In this document: piece by piece, positions 62,841 to 64,000 of the stretch
How the letters are laid out: each line of letters starts with the position of its first letter
Position numbering within the stretch: the stretch's first letter is position 1
Program-made: the position numbers and the translations under genes
NCBI GenBank assembly: GCA_003427395.1
Contig: BFEA01000001.1
Location: 5,785,719-5,849,718, forward strand
Direction of reading: 5' to 3'
DNA: 64,000 nucleotides
Source: Chara braunii
Lineage: Eukaryota > Plantae > Charophyceae
The notes under the pieces: generated by a model
What the model was told of the DNA's origin: nothing
Databases searched by the model: none
The model's input: the letters and a program-made list of their open reading frames with translations, nothing else

Positions 62841-63958
62841 GTATGTTTCTTGAGACAAATCTGCCTTGTTTGTCTTTCCAGATCTGGTATTGCAGAGGCA
62901 ATAAAATGTCTTTTCCTGAGAGCTCTCCAACCATGATGTCAAACTCCTCAATCCTTAAGCTGTCTTTATTTAGTGACCTCCTGGGAGCACAAATAGACAG
63001 CTGCTGCCAAGGAACTGCAACGCTCGACTTCATGGAGCCCGGTTATGAGCCTTGCCAGTCTCCCTCTTGGTTCTCTCTCCAGTCATCCAAGACTGCTAGC
63101 ACCAACCTTCGTTCCACCCCTACTGCATCCAAAGCATCTCCGACGCGCCACACAGGTATAATGTGTACTGATCTCCTCCCCTTGTGTGCCTGTGTGGGTG
63201 GTGTGGATCAATTGTGCTTCAGCACCAACAGAAGTGTCTCAACTCAAGGGCCTGCTGGTGTATGCTTCCGAAATGCTCAACACAGGAGAAGCTGTTTACG
63301 TAGATACTATGCCATGACTGATTGTGGCTCATTCGCACTGCGACAAGCACACTACCACCCAGGGAAAGGCCGTGCACCTGTGGCTGCTCTGGACCTGTTT
63401 TCCGAAGGCCAGCACGTGGCAGAAAACAGCGGCCCAACCGGTAGTGCCATGCCTGCGTTTAGTATGGGGTGTGGCCCAGAGTGGTATGGCCTAGGGTGGC
63501 ACTTGAGACAAATCCTTCAGGTGTTTATTTTCATGTCCAGTCACATCGTACGGCCCTGCAGGTTACGGAGACGAATGACACTGGACCTCGCTCCACTAGT
63601 TTCAAATGACTCTGCATCATACTTGTGGCGCATTTGTGCGCTGCGCATGCGAGCTGCGCCTTGCGTGGATGACTGGTGCGTGCGCACCACGTGCATGGCG
63701 CATAAGTGCGCTATATGCGCATGCGCGCGCTACTCATGCGATGTGCGCTGATGCGCGTGCACCTGTGGGCCATGCTCTAGGGTGGTACGCCAGATGCGCA
63801 GCCTTTCTTTTTTTTTTCTTTTTTTTTGGGTGCTTCCACCACCCGTTTGAACTCAGACTCAGCGGAAAGGTTCCCTCTCTCTCTCTCTCTCTCTAGCAAA
63901 CAATTTAAACATTATTAGAAATTTCAACAAACAAAATGGTGGTCAGCCCTCCCTCCTT

Positions 63959-64000
<42 letters not shown>

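Noticed and set aside
62843-63751. 302-aa + strand ORF
   Set aside because: Starts inside the intron after exon 10, no recognisable domain; likely a chance frame over TE remnants.

Overview
Eukaryotic, repeat-rich nuclear DNA from the green lineage. Plant-type U6 and cox3 sequences and very large TE-filled introns suggest a streptophyte such as a charophyte alga; this is inference. One host gene dominates: a + strand CLU/FRIENDLY-type clustered-mitochondria gene with 10 phase-consistent exons from 23542 to 62840, continuing beyond the window, with a 15.6-kb first intron. Upstream lie a TSD-bounded 9.85-kb L1-type LINE with a triplicated 1.55-kb ORF2 segment, older LINE debris, a 550-bp foldback and several MITEs. 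The most unusual region is 25.8-31.5 kb in intron 1. It is a tandem/inverted cluster inserted in (TA)n that combines a Penelope-like RT fragment, an ataxin-3-like Josephin domain with a full Cys-His-Asp triad, a RING-finger fragment, a type III hammerhead ribozyme, and a repeated, covarying pseudoknot with HDV-like strand order. Together these suggest a Penelope-like retroelement carrying ubiquitin-system domains and structured RNAs. The introns also hold U6-derived retroposons, tRNA-derived SINEs, a cox3 NUMT, and hAT and Mutator elements with perfect TSDs.
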